The notes beneath the pieces were generated by a model. It was not told where the DNA came from and ran no database searches. It saw only the letters and a list, made by a program, of their open reading frames with translations. A stretch of 64,000 bases of DNA from Verrucomicrobiota bacterium. GTDB lineage: Bacteria; Verrucomicrobiota; Verrucomicrobiia; Opitutales; Coraliomargaritaceae. Both the position numbers and the translations under genes were made by a program. Positions 31,421 to 42,200 of this stretch are shown here, in pieces; position 1 is the first letter of the stretch, and the number at the start of each line of letters is the position of its first letter. The stretch lies in the NCBI GenBank assembly GCA_039815375.1, contig JBCBZJ010000006.1:1-64000 (forward strand), in the 5' to 3' direction.

Positions 31421-32062
31421 CTACAAACTTCTCACCACCGCTTTGGCCACACCTTGCACGCTGAGTTCGTTGACAGGATAGAGCTCCGGGTAGAATTTAT
31501 TTTCGGCTTTGAGGTAGGGTGGCTCGCCAGGCTTCTGGATGTATCGCTTGAGGGTGGTTTCACCGTCGATCAGCGCGGCTACGATGTCGCCGTCACGCAC
31601 GTCACGTTGCTCGACCACGACCATATCACCTTCGTAGATCTCGGCGTCGACCATACTGTCGCCACGGACCTGAAGTGCGAAGGTGCGGCGGCGGTTGCCG
31701 AAGCCGACATGTTCGATGCCGACCTGTAGGCGTCCGATTTCTCCACCGGACTCAACCCGGTCGGGGTAGCCGGCGGCGATGTCACCCAGAATTGGAATGT
31801 CAACAACTTCGCTGGCATCCTCAGGAATTTCATTGAAATCAGGCTTGTTAGGACGATTTATACGGAAAGTTCGAGCCTGGCCGGCTATCCTTTCAAGTGC
31901 CCCTTTCTTTTCAAGAGCACGGAGATGGCCCATCACAGCATTGGTGCTTTTGAAGCTGAATTCGTCCTGTATCTCGCGAATACTGGGCCAGTAGCCATTC
32001 CGCCACTCGTGGTTTTCAATGAAAGTGAGGATTTCTTGTTGGCGTTTGGTCAGGTCTTTCAT
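31421..32062 (-). CDS. lexA: SOS repressor LexA
   Basis: LTKRQQEIL..PSIREI wHTH, AAG cleavage site, GDSM and TLKR. Confidence 0.95.
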   Translation of the reverse strand: MKDLTKRQQEILTFIENHEWRNGYWPSIREIQDEFSFKSTNAVMGHLRALEKKGALERIAGQARTFRINRPNKPDFNEIPEDASEVVDIPILGDIAAGYPDRVESGGEIGRLQVGIEHVGFGNRRRTFALQVRGDSMVDAEIYEGDMVVVEQRDVRDGDIVAALIDGETTLKRYIQKPGEPPYLKAENKFYPELYPVNELSVQGVAKAVVRSL

Positions 32063-32072
32063 AGTGAGCAAT

Positions 32073-32086
32073 TGTATAGGTGAACA
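32073..32086. promoter_or_regulatory. Putative LexA (SOS) box, autoregulatory
   Basis: TGTAT-AGGT-GAACA, 8/10 match to the Verrucomicrobia consensus TGTTC-N4-GAACA, 10 nt upstream of the lexA ATG. Confidence 0.7.
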
Positions 32087-32188
32087 ATTGTCCATTGTCA
32101 AGTCTGTGAATAAGCTGTGGATAAAGAGGGCTATCTTGTAACAATTTGATTTGAACAAGTGCCACACCCCGCTTTCGTAGGTACTTTG

Positions 32189-34045
32189 ATGTTGCGAAAT
32201 AAAGCCGACAGACACCGCTGGTTGTTTCCTTTTGGGGCGGCTTTTTGGGCTCTGGTTTTTTCGGGTTGTTCGGGGAAGGAAGAGATTGTTCCACCCGAAG
32301 CGGTGGTTGCACCTATCCCGGAAGATGCCGCAGTGGCGGATTTTTCACCTGGCGAGTATGGGGCCAGTTTGATCGAGACCATCCCAGGTGATATCGCGAC
32401 TCTAAATCCACTCCTGAATGAGTCGGCCAATGGTTCGGCGGTGATCGGTCGTTTTCTGAATGGTTTGATTACCTTACACCCTGAGACAGGTGAGATCATT
32501 CCAAATTTGGCGAAGTCCTGGGAAATCTCGGAGGACAATTTGGTCTATACCTTTCATTTACGCCGTGGTGTGCACTGGAGCGACGGGCATCCGTTTACGG
32601 CAGAGGATGTCATTTTCACCTGGAATTGCTTTTTTGCGAAGCAAAGGGACCCGGATACAGGCAAAGTCCTCACCGATGAGAACGGATCCCCAAAATATCG
32701 CTATGTCTCCAGATCGACTTTCGGGCAGCTGATCAATGGACAAGAACCGATCTTTGAGAAAGTAGACGACTACACGGTTCGTTTCACGACTCCCGAAGTG
32801 TATGCTCCGTTTCTTCTCTTTGGTGGCGGCGAAGAGATACTACCGAAGCATATTCTTGGCTCGGCGTTTGAAGACGGAAGCTTGATGGATCAGTGGAGCT
32901 TGCAGACTGCGATCAACGAGCCATGGAAAATTGTCAGCTTGGGGATGTATGTGCTTGAGTCCTATCGTCCGGGTGAGCGGATTGTTTTCGGGCCGAATCC
33001 GAACTACTGGAAAGTAAATCCCGATGGCGAGCGTCTGCCCTACATCAAGCGAGTCATTACCAAGATCGTGCCCGATTATAACAGCAGTAATGTAGCTTTT
33101 GCTCAGGGACTGACAGACTTTGAATCGGTAACGCCGGACAATGTCGCCTGGATCAGGCGCGGTGAGGAACGTTACGACTACACTGTTCTGGACATGGGGC
33201 CATCAAGCCGGACGAACTTTATCTGGTTTAATCTGAATCCCGGCTCCGATGCCAATGGCAAGCCCTTCGTCGCGCCTCATAAGTTTGCGTGGTTTTCGGA
33301 TAAACGCTTTCGGCAGGCAGTTTCCTATGGGATTGATCGGGAAGGCATTGTGCGCGGGGTTTATTTTGGAAGAGCTGAAGTGCTCCACGGTTATGTTTCT
33401 CCCAAGCGCCGTTTCTGGTATAACGACAATATTCGGAAGTTTCCTTACAAACCGGAAAATGCCCGGGCGCTTTTCAAGGAAATGGGCTTTCAGTATATTG
33501 ACGAGAAGTTACACGATGCGGAGGGGCGTCCGGTCGAGTTTTCCATCATGACGAATGCCGGTAATGGGCTTCGGGTCGAGATGGCCACAGTCTTCAAAGA
33601 GAATATGGCCGACCTCGGTATTGAGGTGGAGCTGCAGTTTTTAGACTTCAATACAATCATTACCAAGACCTCGGATTCCTTCGATTACGAGGCTTGTATG
33701 CTCGGTCTCGGTGGCGGCGCACCGGATCCCTTTGCCGGGAAAGACATTTTGATGAGTGGGGGACGTCTGCATCAGTGGTATCCTTCACAGCCGGAACCGG
33801 CCACTGAATGGGAAGGCCGTATTGACGAGCTGATGATTGAAATCGGTCGGAACACCGACACGCAGAAGCGCAAGGCATATTTCTTCGAGGTTCAGGAAAT
33901 TATGGCCGAGCAGCAACCACTTATCTTTCTTGTCAGTCCGAAGGATTATGTCGGTCACAAGAATCGTTGGCAGAATCTGCAGCCTACTTTGCTGGGTGGC
34001 GTCACCTGGAATGAAGAGTCCCTCTGGGCGGAGCCGGAACTATGA
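32189..34045 (+). CDS. Peptide/nickel ABC transporter substrate-binding lipoprotein
   Basis: Lipobox FSGC; family 5 signature LAKSWEIS..YTFHLRRGVHWSDGHPFTAEDV. Confidence 0.93.
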   Translation: MLRNKADRHRWLFPFGAAFWALVFSGCSGKEEIVPPEAVVAPIPEDAAVADFSPGEYGASLIETIPGDIATLNPLLNESANGSAVIGRFLNGLITLHPETGEIIPNLAKSWEISEDNLVYTFHLRRGVHWSDGHPFTAEDVIFTWNCFFAKQRDPDTGKVLTDENGSPKYRYVSRSTFGQLINGQEPIFEKVDDYTVRFTTPEVYAPFLLFGGGEEILPKHILGSAFEDGSLMDQWSLQTAINEPWKIVSLGMYVLESYRPGERIVFGPNPNYWKVNPDGERLPYIKRVITKIVPDYNSSNVAFAQGLTDFESVTPDNVAWIRRGEERYDYTVLDMGPSSRTNFIWFNLNPGSDANGKPFVAPHKFAWFSDKRFRQAVSYGIDREGIVRGVYFGRAEVLHGYVSPKRRFWYNDNIRKFPYKPENARALFKEMGFQYIDEKLHDAEGRPVEFSIMTNAGNGLRVEMATVFKENMADLGIEVELQFLDFNTIITKTSDSFDYEACMLGLGGGAPDPFAGKDILMSGGRLHQWYPSQPEPATEWEGRIDELMIEIGRNTDTQKRKAYFFEVQEIMAEQQPLIFLVSPKDYVGHKNRWQNLQPTLLGGVTWNEESLWAEPEL

Positions 34046-35016
34046 TTTCATTTGTCATACGTCGTTTGTTTACGTTGCTTCCGCTACTTTTCGGGATCAC
34101 CATGCTCGTCTTCGTTCTAATGAGCCTGGCACCGGGTGATTTCCTCACCCCGGTTCGCGCACAGCGTGATGTGCCTGAAGAGCTCATCCGTTCAATTGAA
34201 GTCGAGTTCGGTTTGGATCAGCCCTGGTATGTACAGTATTGGAAATGGCTGACGAATGTTTGCCAGGGTAACCTGGGTCACTCTTGGGTTTATAAGCTGC
34301 CTGTGACCGATTTGATTGGTCAGCGCGCGCTCGCCACCTTCCTGCTCTCGCTCAGTGCCTTGCTGTTTTCCTGGTGTATCGCTATTCCACTTGGGGTTTT
34401 GGCAGCAATTTACAAGGACTCCATCTTCGACCGGATTTCTGCGGCGCTGGCTTACGCAGCCTTGTCGATCCCCGAGTTCTTTCTCGCGCTACTGCTGGTT
34501 TTCTTTGCGGCCCAGACGGGTTGGTTCCCTATGGGTGGAGCAACCTCGTTCGGTTACGAATACATGAGTCTATGGGGACAAATTGTTGATCGTGCACAGC
34601 ATTTACTATTGCCCACGCTGGCGCTGGGGATCGGCTCAATCGCAAGTATTATGCGTATCATGAGAGCAAACTTCCTTGACGCGATGCGTGCGCACTACGT
34701 GCAGACGGCACGTGCCAAAGGCCTTTCCGAGTTCATCTCAATGTTTCGTCATGCTCTGCGCAATGCAATCAACCCTCTACTGAGCGCCTTTGGTTTTGCC
34801 TTTTCAGGACTTCTTAGTGGTGCGCTGATGGTGGAGATCGTGCTGCAGTATCCCGGTCTCGGTCAACTGATGTATCAGTCGATCCTGCGGGAGGATCAGT
34901 TCGTCGTGCTCGCATCGGTTATGCTGGGCTGCACGATGCTGGTAGTCGGTAATCTGCTGTCGGACATTCTCCTGGCCTGGTCTGACCCACGAATCCGTTT
35001 GGAGCAAAAAGACTGA
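34042..35016 (+). CDS. Peptide ABC transporter permease (OppB/DppB-like)
   Basis: YVQTARAKGL..HALRNA EAA-type loop. Confidence 0.93.
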   Translation: MISFVIRRLFTLLPLLFGITMLVFVLMSLAPGDFLTPVRAQRDVPEELIRSIEVEFGLDQPWYVQYWKWLTNVCQGNLGHSWVYKLPVTDLIGQRALATFLLSLSALLFSWCIAIPLGVLAAIYKDSIFDRISAALAYAALSIPEFFLALLLVFFAAQTGWFPMGGATSFGYEYMSLWGQIVDRAQHLLLPTLALGIGSIASIMRIMRANFLDAMRAHYVQTARAKGLSEFISMFRHALRNAINPLLSAFGFAFSGLLSGALMVEIVLQYPGLGQLMYQSILREDQFVVLASVMLGCTMLVVGNLLSDILLAWSDPRIRLEQKD

Positions 35017-36068
35017 TGAATTTAAGGCAGATCTTCATTGAACTCTTTAGCCGCCCCCTCGGTATCGCTTCGGCATCTGTTTTGGGCTTGTTGTATTTTT
35101 CAGCAATTTTTGCAGGCTTTCTGGCGACACAGGCAACCAATGAACAGGATCTCGAAAGAACTTACCATCCGCCCACGAAGATCTTTTTCAAGGAGGGTGG
35201 CTTACGTGTGCAGGCCTATCAATTGGTCGATCCAAGCACCGCAGCATATGAACCGGTTGAGGGGAAATCCTATCCTTTGCAGATCTTCGGTCGAGGTTTC
35301 GAATACCGACTCTTTGGGTTGATTCCTACGGATCGGCATCTGCTTACGCTTGCAGACGAAGCGGGTAGTTTCTATCTACTTGGAAGCGATTCTACAGGAC
35401 GTGATGTGTTCTCCAGGTTGCTCTATGGCGCTCAAGTGTCTCTATTTATCGGGCTGATTGGAATTACCATCACGACGACGCTTGGCTTTTTAGTCGGTGG
35501 GCTGAGTGGTTATTTTGCAGGTCGGACCGACTTCGTTGTGATGCGTTTGGTCGAGTTCCTCATGGCTATACCGGGTCTTTACCTGTTGCTTTCACTGCGC
35601 GCTGCACTTGCGCCATATTTCGAGTCCGACCAGATGTTTTTCGTTATCGTCATCATACTAGCATTTATCGGCTGGGCGGGCACGGCACGTATTCTCCGTG
35701 GCATGACGCTCTCGATTCGTAAGCACCAATATGTGGCCGCAGCCGAAAGTATGGGGCAGCACCCGCTTCGTATTCTGCAAAAACATGTTCTGCCGAATCT
35801 GGTTAGTTATCTGTTGGTCGCAGCAACGCTTTCGATCCCAGGCTATGTTTTGGGTGAGGCAGCACTTTCCTTTCTCGGATTGGGCATTCAGGAGCCGGCT
35901 GCGTCATGGGGACTGATGCTCTCCCAGGCTCAGGATGTGAAAGTCTTTTACCTGAACTTCTGGTGGATGCTCGCGCCGGGCTTTGCAATTTTTGTGACAG
36001 TGATTGCCTACAACGTGCTCGGTGATGTGCTGCGCGATATCGTCGACCCGAACATGCAGACACGCTGA
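35016..36068 (+). CDS. Peptide ABC transporter permease (OppC/DppC-like)
   Basis: LGSDSTGRDVFSRLLYG and EAALSFLGLG motifs. Confidence 0.93.
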   Translation: MNLRQIFIELFSRPLGIASASVLGLLYFSAIFAGFLATQATNEQDLERTYHPPTKIFFKEGGLRVQAYQLVDPSTAAYEPVEGKSYPLQIFGRGFEYRLFGLIPTDRHLLTLADEAGSFYLLGSDSTGRDVFSRLLYGAQVSLFIGLIGITITTTLGFLVGGLSGYFAGRTDFVVMRLVEFLMAIPGLYLLLSLRAALAPYFESDQMFFVIVIILAFIGWAGTARILRGMTLSIRKHQYVAAAESMGQHPLRILQKHVLPNLVSYLLVAATLSIPGYVLGEAALSFLGLGIQEPAASWGLMLSQAQDVKVFYLNFWWMLAPGFAIFVTVIAYNVLGDVLRDIVDPNMQTR

Positions 36069-36107
36069 TTTGGAAAAACTATAATGAAAACCATCATTCC
36101 AGTTGCG

Positions 36108-36172
36108 GGTAGGGGGCGGTCCTGGGACAAGCCATCACGGCTTCGCAGCTTGCGTGGACGCTGCGCCCAACC
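36108..36172. repeat. Degenerate GTAG-type REP doublet (REPIN-like) hairpin
   Basis: GGTAGGGGGCGGTCC ... GGACGCTGCGCCCAACC imperfect inverted pair, intergenic within the ABC operon. Confidence 0.45.
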
Positions 36173-36257
36173 TGTGATATCGAAAAACTCGCATCGATTT
36201 ACCACCTCCTGCTGGTATTAACTTTCACAAGCCTCTATTTTAACTGTCGAAGAATCT

Positions 36258-37103
36258 ATGCCTGAGTTACTTGAAGTCAAAGACCTGCGAATCGCCTTTC
36301 ACTCGCGCGGTGAAACGAATGAGGTGGTCCATGGAGTTAATTTCTCGGTCGAGGCCGGTGGAAAAACGGTGGCGATTCTCGGCGAAAGCGGTAGCGGTAA
36401 GAGCGTAAGCTGCCTCTCCTTGACGAAGCTCTTGCCCGGCGAGCCGTCCTGCACCATTGAGGGGCAAATTCTATTCGACGGGAAAGACGTCCTCTCTATG
36501 TCGGCGGATCAGGTGCGCCGGATCAGAGGCGAGGGCATCGCTTACATTTTCCAGGAGCCCTCTGCTTCATTGAATCCGGTCTTCACTATCGGCTATCAAA
36601 TTGCGGAAGCCGTAAAGCTGCATCGGTCGGACATTACTGATGTAAAAGCGCGTGTGGTCGAGCTACTGGATTTGGTCGGTATTCGTGATGCCGAGAAGCG
36701 CTACAAAGCCTATCCTCACGAGATGAGTGGGGGTATGCAGCAGCGCGTCATGATTGCGATGGCACTGGCCTGTGAACCTAAGCTGCTGGTAGCAGACGAA
36801 CCGACAACTGCACTGGATGTTACCATTCAAGCGCAGATTATGGATCTACTCCGGGAGTTGCGTGAAAAGCTCGGCATGAGCATCGTGCTGATCACCCACA
36901 ACTTCGGTATCGTCAAAGGTTTCGCTGACGAAGTGATCGTCATGTATCGTGGCAATATTGTCGAGCAAGGTCCAGTCGAGGAGGTTCTCAATGATCCACA
37001 GCATCCATACACCAAAGCACTCATTGCCTGTATTCCGAAGCTTGGTGCCAAACAGCACCGCCTGACGACCATCGAGCAGGAGATGGCTGCTGTCGATGAC
37101 TAG
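36258..37103 (+). CDS. Peptide ABC transporter ATP-binding protein (OppD/DppD-like)
   Basis: GESGSGKS, MSGGMQQR and DEPTTALD motifs. Confidence 0.95.
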   Translation: MPELLEVKDLRIAFHSRGETNEVVHGVNFSVEAGGKTVAILGESGSGKSVSCLSLTKLLPGEPSCTIEGQILFDGKDVLSMSADQVRRIRGEGIAYIFQEPSASLNPVFTIGYQIAEAVKLHRSDITDVKARVVELLDLVGIRDAEKRYKAYPHEMSGGMQQRVMIAMALACEPKLLVADEPTTALDVTIQAQIMDLLRELREKLGMSIVLITHNFGIVKGFADEVIVMYRGNIVEQGPVEEVLNDPQHPYTKALIACIPKLGAKQHRLTTIEQEMAAVDD

Positions 37104-38884
37104 TCAGGGAGCGTCAAAAAGATTGTGAATCGAGCGCTCTGGAAGCGATCTCCTTGGCTGTTCAGCTGGGCATTGGTGCATCCGAAAGTAAAGGCCCAAT
37201 CCCCGGCATTGGCTTGCCAAAACACGGGCTCAGTCTGATCGGGACCGCTTGTCTTGATACGGTCATGCAGTTCATTGGCCCATTCATTGGTATCGATCTC
37301 AATGATTGATGTGCCGTCAGCAGTGATGGTGAGACGGCTCTCTTCCAGATTCGTCGTAAAAAGCAGCTCTCTGCCATCGACGGTAACGCTTCGCGATGTC
37401 TCGTTATTTCGGTAGCTGTAGACATCTAGATCGACCATCCACTCATGGCCGTGAGTTGGCATGACGTTTCGATTTGCGTAAAAGTTCTTTCTGGAGCCTG
37501 ATAATTTATCATTCAGCTCAAGATATTTCATAACTCGGCTAGTCATGTTGTAGCTGCGCTTCGAGCTAAAGTCCGATTGATTGTTTTCTTTGTAGAAGCC
37601 AGCCAACTCAGCCTCCAATGGTTGAGGTCCGAAATTCTCGAAGAGATAACGAAGGGCGCTCTGAAGTTCAGCGACTCTTTCTGATTCAAAATCTCCAGTT
37701 GAGGGCACGAGGATGCCATTTTTGAGGACGCCGAATTCCTCTGCCATATTCTGAATTCGCCCCATTTGTGCACGCTCGCTCCAGCCGAAAGCGCCGATCG
37801 GCCCGGAGTAGATTGAGAGCAGGGCGATCAAGAGCAGGCTGAACGGCATCCACGCGATCTTCAGTGCCGGGCGAATGATATAAGCCAGCGAAAGCCCGAA
37901 AAGCCAGACTGCGAGGGCCAGTCCAAGATAGCGGTTGATCGTCATGCCATAGTCCCCGAGGCGAACTTGAAGCGCGAGGAAGAGCACGACCGAAAGTGGC
38001 AGCAATGCACGGAAGAGCCAGCGATGGAAGAAGCGGGCCCAATTTTCGGTCTTTGGCAGGGGCAGGCTCAGGACAAAGGTGAGTAAACTAATCACCGCGA
38101 GGACGAAAATCGGCATGGCGACCCAGCCATTCGGCCAGCTCCATTGAATGCCGATCTTGGCAATGTAAGCATAAAGAATAAGGAGATAGAGCGCCACTAA
38201 TGGCAGGCCGATAAAGCAAAGACTGAAACGTAGCGGCTTGGGAAAATCGGTGGCTTCTTCCGGACTGTCGATCCGTGGCAGTCCACTCAGGAAGAGCATC
38301 GGATGTGCGAACAGTGCGCAGATCACCCAAAGTTGCGGGTAAAGTTCATCGTCGAGGCCGAGCTCGAAGAGCTTATCAACGCTGAGCAGTGCCAAAGCGA
38401 GTCCCCCGAAGAGCAGGGCGGCATTGACGCTGCTGAAGAAGTAGCGCAGGAAGCAGTTGAGATTGAAACGCCAGAGTTTCTCCGAGCCTGACTTTCCAAT
38501 GGCCGGGACCAGAGCAATGCCCAGATGAAGGGCGAACAAGAGGATGAAGTATCCATACCAAAAAGGAGGGCGTGCTTCATCGAGGAACTCTGGCATGAAA
38601 AAGCGACCGTAAAGAAGGAGCAGAATCAGGATGCCGGTATGGCCGATGAGGCGGTTACGTCCTGAAGCGCCACGAGCTTCTGCAACTAGATCGCAGAGCA
38701 GGCTCGCGACAAAACCAAGCCCAGTCAGGAAGGCCAAACGGAAGATGTGACTTTCATCAAAGTCTTCACCGATTGCTAGGACCAAGAGAGCCGTAGTGAG
38801 GGCTGCAACTGAGGTCGGAATCGGAAATCGCACGAAAGTCGCACGGAGCCCCAGTGAGATGGTTTGGAGAGTAGGCAAGCGCAT
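37100..38884 (-). CDS. DUF4153-like polytopic membrane protein
   Basis: Many TM helices; LYLLILYAY..WPNGWVA and RLGDYGMTINRY. Confidence 0.75.
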   Translation of the reverse strand: MRLPTLQTISLGLRATFVRFPIPTSVAALTTALLVLAIGEDFDESHIFRLAFLTGLGFVASLLCDLVAEARGASGRNRLIGHTGILILLLLYGRFFMPEFLDEARPPFWYGYFILLFALHLGIALVPAIGKSGSEKLWRFNLNCFLRYFFSSVNAALLFGGLALALLSVDKLFELGLDDELYPQLWVICALFAHPMLFLSGLPRIDSPEEATDFPKPLRFSLCFIGLPLVALYLLILYAYIAKIGIQWSWPNGWVAMPIFVLAVISLLTFVLSLPLPKTENWARFFHRWLFRALLPLSVVLFLALQVRLGDYGMTINRYLGLALAVWLFGLSLAYIIRPALKIAWMPFSLLLIALLSIYSGPIGAFGWSERAQMGRIQNMAEEFGVLKNGILVPSTGDFESERVAELQSALRYLFENFGPQPLEAELAGFYKENNQSDFSSKRSYNMTSRVMKYLELNDKLSGSRKNFYANRNVMPTHGHEWMVDLDVYSYRNNETSRSVTVDGRELLFTTNLEESRLTITADGTSIIEIDTNEWANELHDRIKTSGPDQTEPVFWQANAGDWAFTFGCTNAQLNSQGDRFQSARFTIFLTLPD

Positions 38885-39102
38885 GGTGGTTTCAGACTGA
38901 AGCACCAACTGGCCGGTTCAAGCTGCCTTTGCTGCTAGCTACGGTTTTGCTTCAGAAATCGAAAAGCCCCGATAGGGCTGAACCTTAAAACTTTTTCTTA
39001 CACTAGCGTATTTTTATGTCCAGCAGTGGTCTGAGGTCTGTCTTGTTCGTTCGTTGTGCTCACTTTTTACTCGTAATTTTATAAGCTTTTAGTAGCACTA
39101 TA

Positions 39103-39200
39103 CAAAATAAGATGCGCCGGAGCGCACCTTATCAATTGTCGCGATTAAATCACTTGTTTGAACGAATGTTAAGATCGCTGTCTCTGATTTTCAAAAACTA
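39103..39200 (-). ncRNA. tracrRNA (ends approximate)
   Basis: 21-nt perfect anti-repeat at 39176-39196. On the minus strand it is followed by AACAAG and a terminator-like hairpin ATAAGGTGCGC/GCGCATCTTAT plus a T tract. Confidence 0.85.
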
Positions 39201-39224
39201 TTCCATCAAACTAGCTAAATAGTA

Positions 39225-42200
39225 ATGAGCAATAGTAAAATGGATTTTGTCTTAGGTTTGGATCTGGGCTCTCAATCAATTGGGTGGAGCGTATGCCCTT
39301 GTTCAAAGGAAGGTGAAGTTTCTGGTCTTTATTCTTTTGATGTTCGGATATTTGACGATGGGCGTGATGCAAAGTCGAATGAGCCCTTGGCTGTGGGTAG
39401 GCGTCTTGCTAAGCAGACAGCTCGCCGGAGGCAACGTGCCTTTGGCCGTCGGCAGGCTCTTTTGAAGTGCCTTAGAAAACATGACCTGCTGCCGAACTCG
39501 ACTGAGGAAAATCGGACGCTTGTGAGTAAAGATCCTTACCGATTGCGAGCAACTGCCGTAGAGCAAAAAATCGATCGCCACGAAATTGGTCGCGCCATTT
39601 TACATATCAACAAACGTCGTGGCTTCAAATCGACGCGCAAAGATTATCAAGCCGAAGATGCCGATCTGAAAGGTATGAAAAAAGGGATCGAAGAACTGAA
39701 GGAGGAGCTTGGTGATAGCATGACTCTTGGGCAGTTTCTATATGCGAAGAAGCAGAAAAATGACCGTGCTGTGCTAAGATTCAAGTCTGTTACCAAAGGC
39801 AGTACGAATGAATGGTCTATCTATCCTGAACGCAGGATGTATGAGCATGAAATTGGTCGTATCTTCGAGGAGCAACAAAAGCACTATTCTGATTTGGATG
39901 ATACATTGCTTAATCGAATATTGTTCATTGTCATTGAACAACGTCCCTTAAAGAAGCCGAAGGTAGGCTCTTGTCGCTTTCATGTTGATCAAAGGAGAGC
40001 ACCGCTGGCATTGCCTAGTCAGCAATCGTTTCGTATTTATCAGGAGGTTTCAAATTTGGAGATTCGCCAAAACTCAGAGTTCAGACGCCTAAGAGATGAC
40101 GAGCGGCAAGCGATCGTTGATCAGCTGACCCTGAAGGCGACTAAGTCTTACCGAAATAAGAATGGAGTTGGTCCTGAACTGACATTTGCCAAAATTAAAA
40201 CCAAAATACTCGGAGATTCTTCTATTCGATTTAATCTTGAAGAGATGGGACGTAAGTCCCTGTCAGTGGATGTAACTGCCTTGGAACTCTCGAGTAATGC
40301 ATGTTTTGGAGATCGATGGTTTAATATCCCATTGTATGAGCAAGATACAATTGTGCTTAAGCTCACAGGGACCGAAGATAAACAAATTCAAGATAATGAT
40401 GATGCTGTAATAAAGTGGTTGATGAAGACCTACAGCATAACAGGAGCTAGTGCTACAGCATGTCTACATGCTAAATTAGCCGATGGTTATGGGCGACTCG
40501 GACTTCGTGCGCTATCTGAGATTTTGCCATTTTTAAAGGGCGGGATGCATTATGCGGATTCAGTTCAGGCTGCCGGATTGAAAGATCCTCTCGCAGAAGT
40601 GGAGCTACACGAGAAATTGCCGTATTACGGAGAGGTGTTGGAAAACTATACCATGCCGCATCCCTCAGACTGCAGTTATGGGAATACGGATAATCCTGAA
40701 ATACGCTATGGCCGTATTCCTAACCCGACTGTGCACATAGGCCTAAATCAGATTCGGAAGGTCGTTAATGCATTGATTGAGCGCTATGGGCGACCAAAAG
40801 TAGTTCGTATTGAATTGGCCAGAGATTTTGCCTTTAGCGCAAAACAAAACAGTGAAGAGAAAAGACAACAGGAGAAAAATCGAAAAAGAAATGGGGAAGC
40901 GCGTGATGCAATCGCCAGAGCAGGGCATGATCCGAGGAATCCCAAAAATCTCTTACGCTATAAACTTTGGACTGAGTTGAATAAGGATTGTTTGCAGCGC
41001 TCATGTCCATTTTCAGGGCGAAAGATTAGTATCGAAAAACTTTTTTCATCCGAGGTTGAGATCGAGCATATTATTCCGTTTTCGCGTTCTTTCGATGACT
41101 CATTTAACAATAAGACACTATGCTTTCGTGACTATAACCGACTGAAGTCAAACCTCACACCTTACGAAGCCTTTGGGCAGGTTCCTGAATATGCTGATAT
41201 TCTTGAAAGAGTTCAGTCATTGAATTCCGCTAAACGTTGGCGCTTTAGGGAAGACGCTTACGAGCGTTTTATGAAAGAAAATCCAGATTTGATTGCCCGT
41301 ACTCTAAACGATACGCGGTATTTGAGTCGAGCAGCAGTCGCCTACCTTCGTTCTGTTTGTTCGGATGTTCAAACCATTCGTGGAGCAATGACATCTTCTT
41401 TGCGTCATTTCTGGGGATTGGATCGTATTCTTTCTGATGCGAATGAGAAGGACCGTTCAGAGCACAGGCACCACGCCATTGATGCTTTTGTCGTGGCTTG
41501 TTCAACACCCTCATTCTTGAGGAGATTCCAGTTTTTGACAGAGGCCAATAAACGAAATTTCCCAGATCAGAATCCACTGCATTTAGATGATTTTCCACCT
41601 CCATACAAGGATTACAAGCCTTCACAGATTGCCGATTCAGCTAGTCGCATACTTGTATCACATCGATTAAATCAGATCCAAGAATCGAGAGGGAATATTG
41701 CGACTTCCGGGCAATTGCACAACGAGACTTTCTACGGATTGAACGAAACGAGGGAAAAAGGTTTCTCTCTTAGAGTTCGAAAACCACTACTTGCGCTTAA
41801 GCAGGCAGATTGCAAAAATATTGCCAGCCCACGATTGCGTATCTTCTTCTCTAAGAAAGCCGAGGAAATCTCAAATGCGTCCGAGTGGAAGAAGCTGCTT
41901 GAGGGAATTGTTGCTTCTGGCCGTATAAAACGATTGCGAATGTTGGAAAATAAATCGAGTAACGCGGTAACAGGTTTTTCAGCCAGAGATGGCTCGATCT
42001 ACCGATATGCGATGACAAGTGGAAACGCTTGGGCTGATATTATTTCTTTTAAAGGAAGTAACGAAAATGAGGTATGGAAAGTTCATGTAGCTTCTGTATT
42101 TGATGCTGGATCAGGGGGTGCCCAACAACCAGTTTGGAAGGTGGAGCACCCAACAGCTCGAAAGATTGCGCGTGTCAGCATCAATGACACTATCGCGCTT

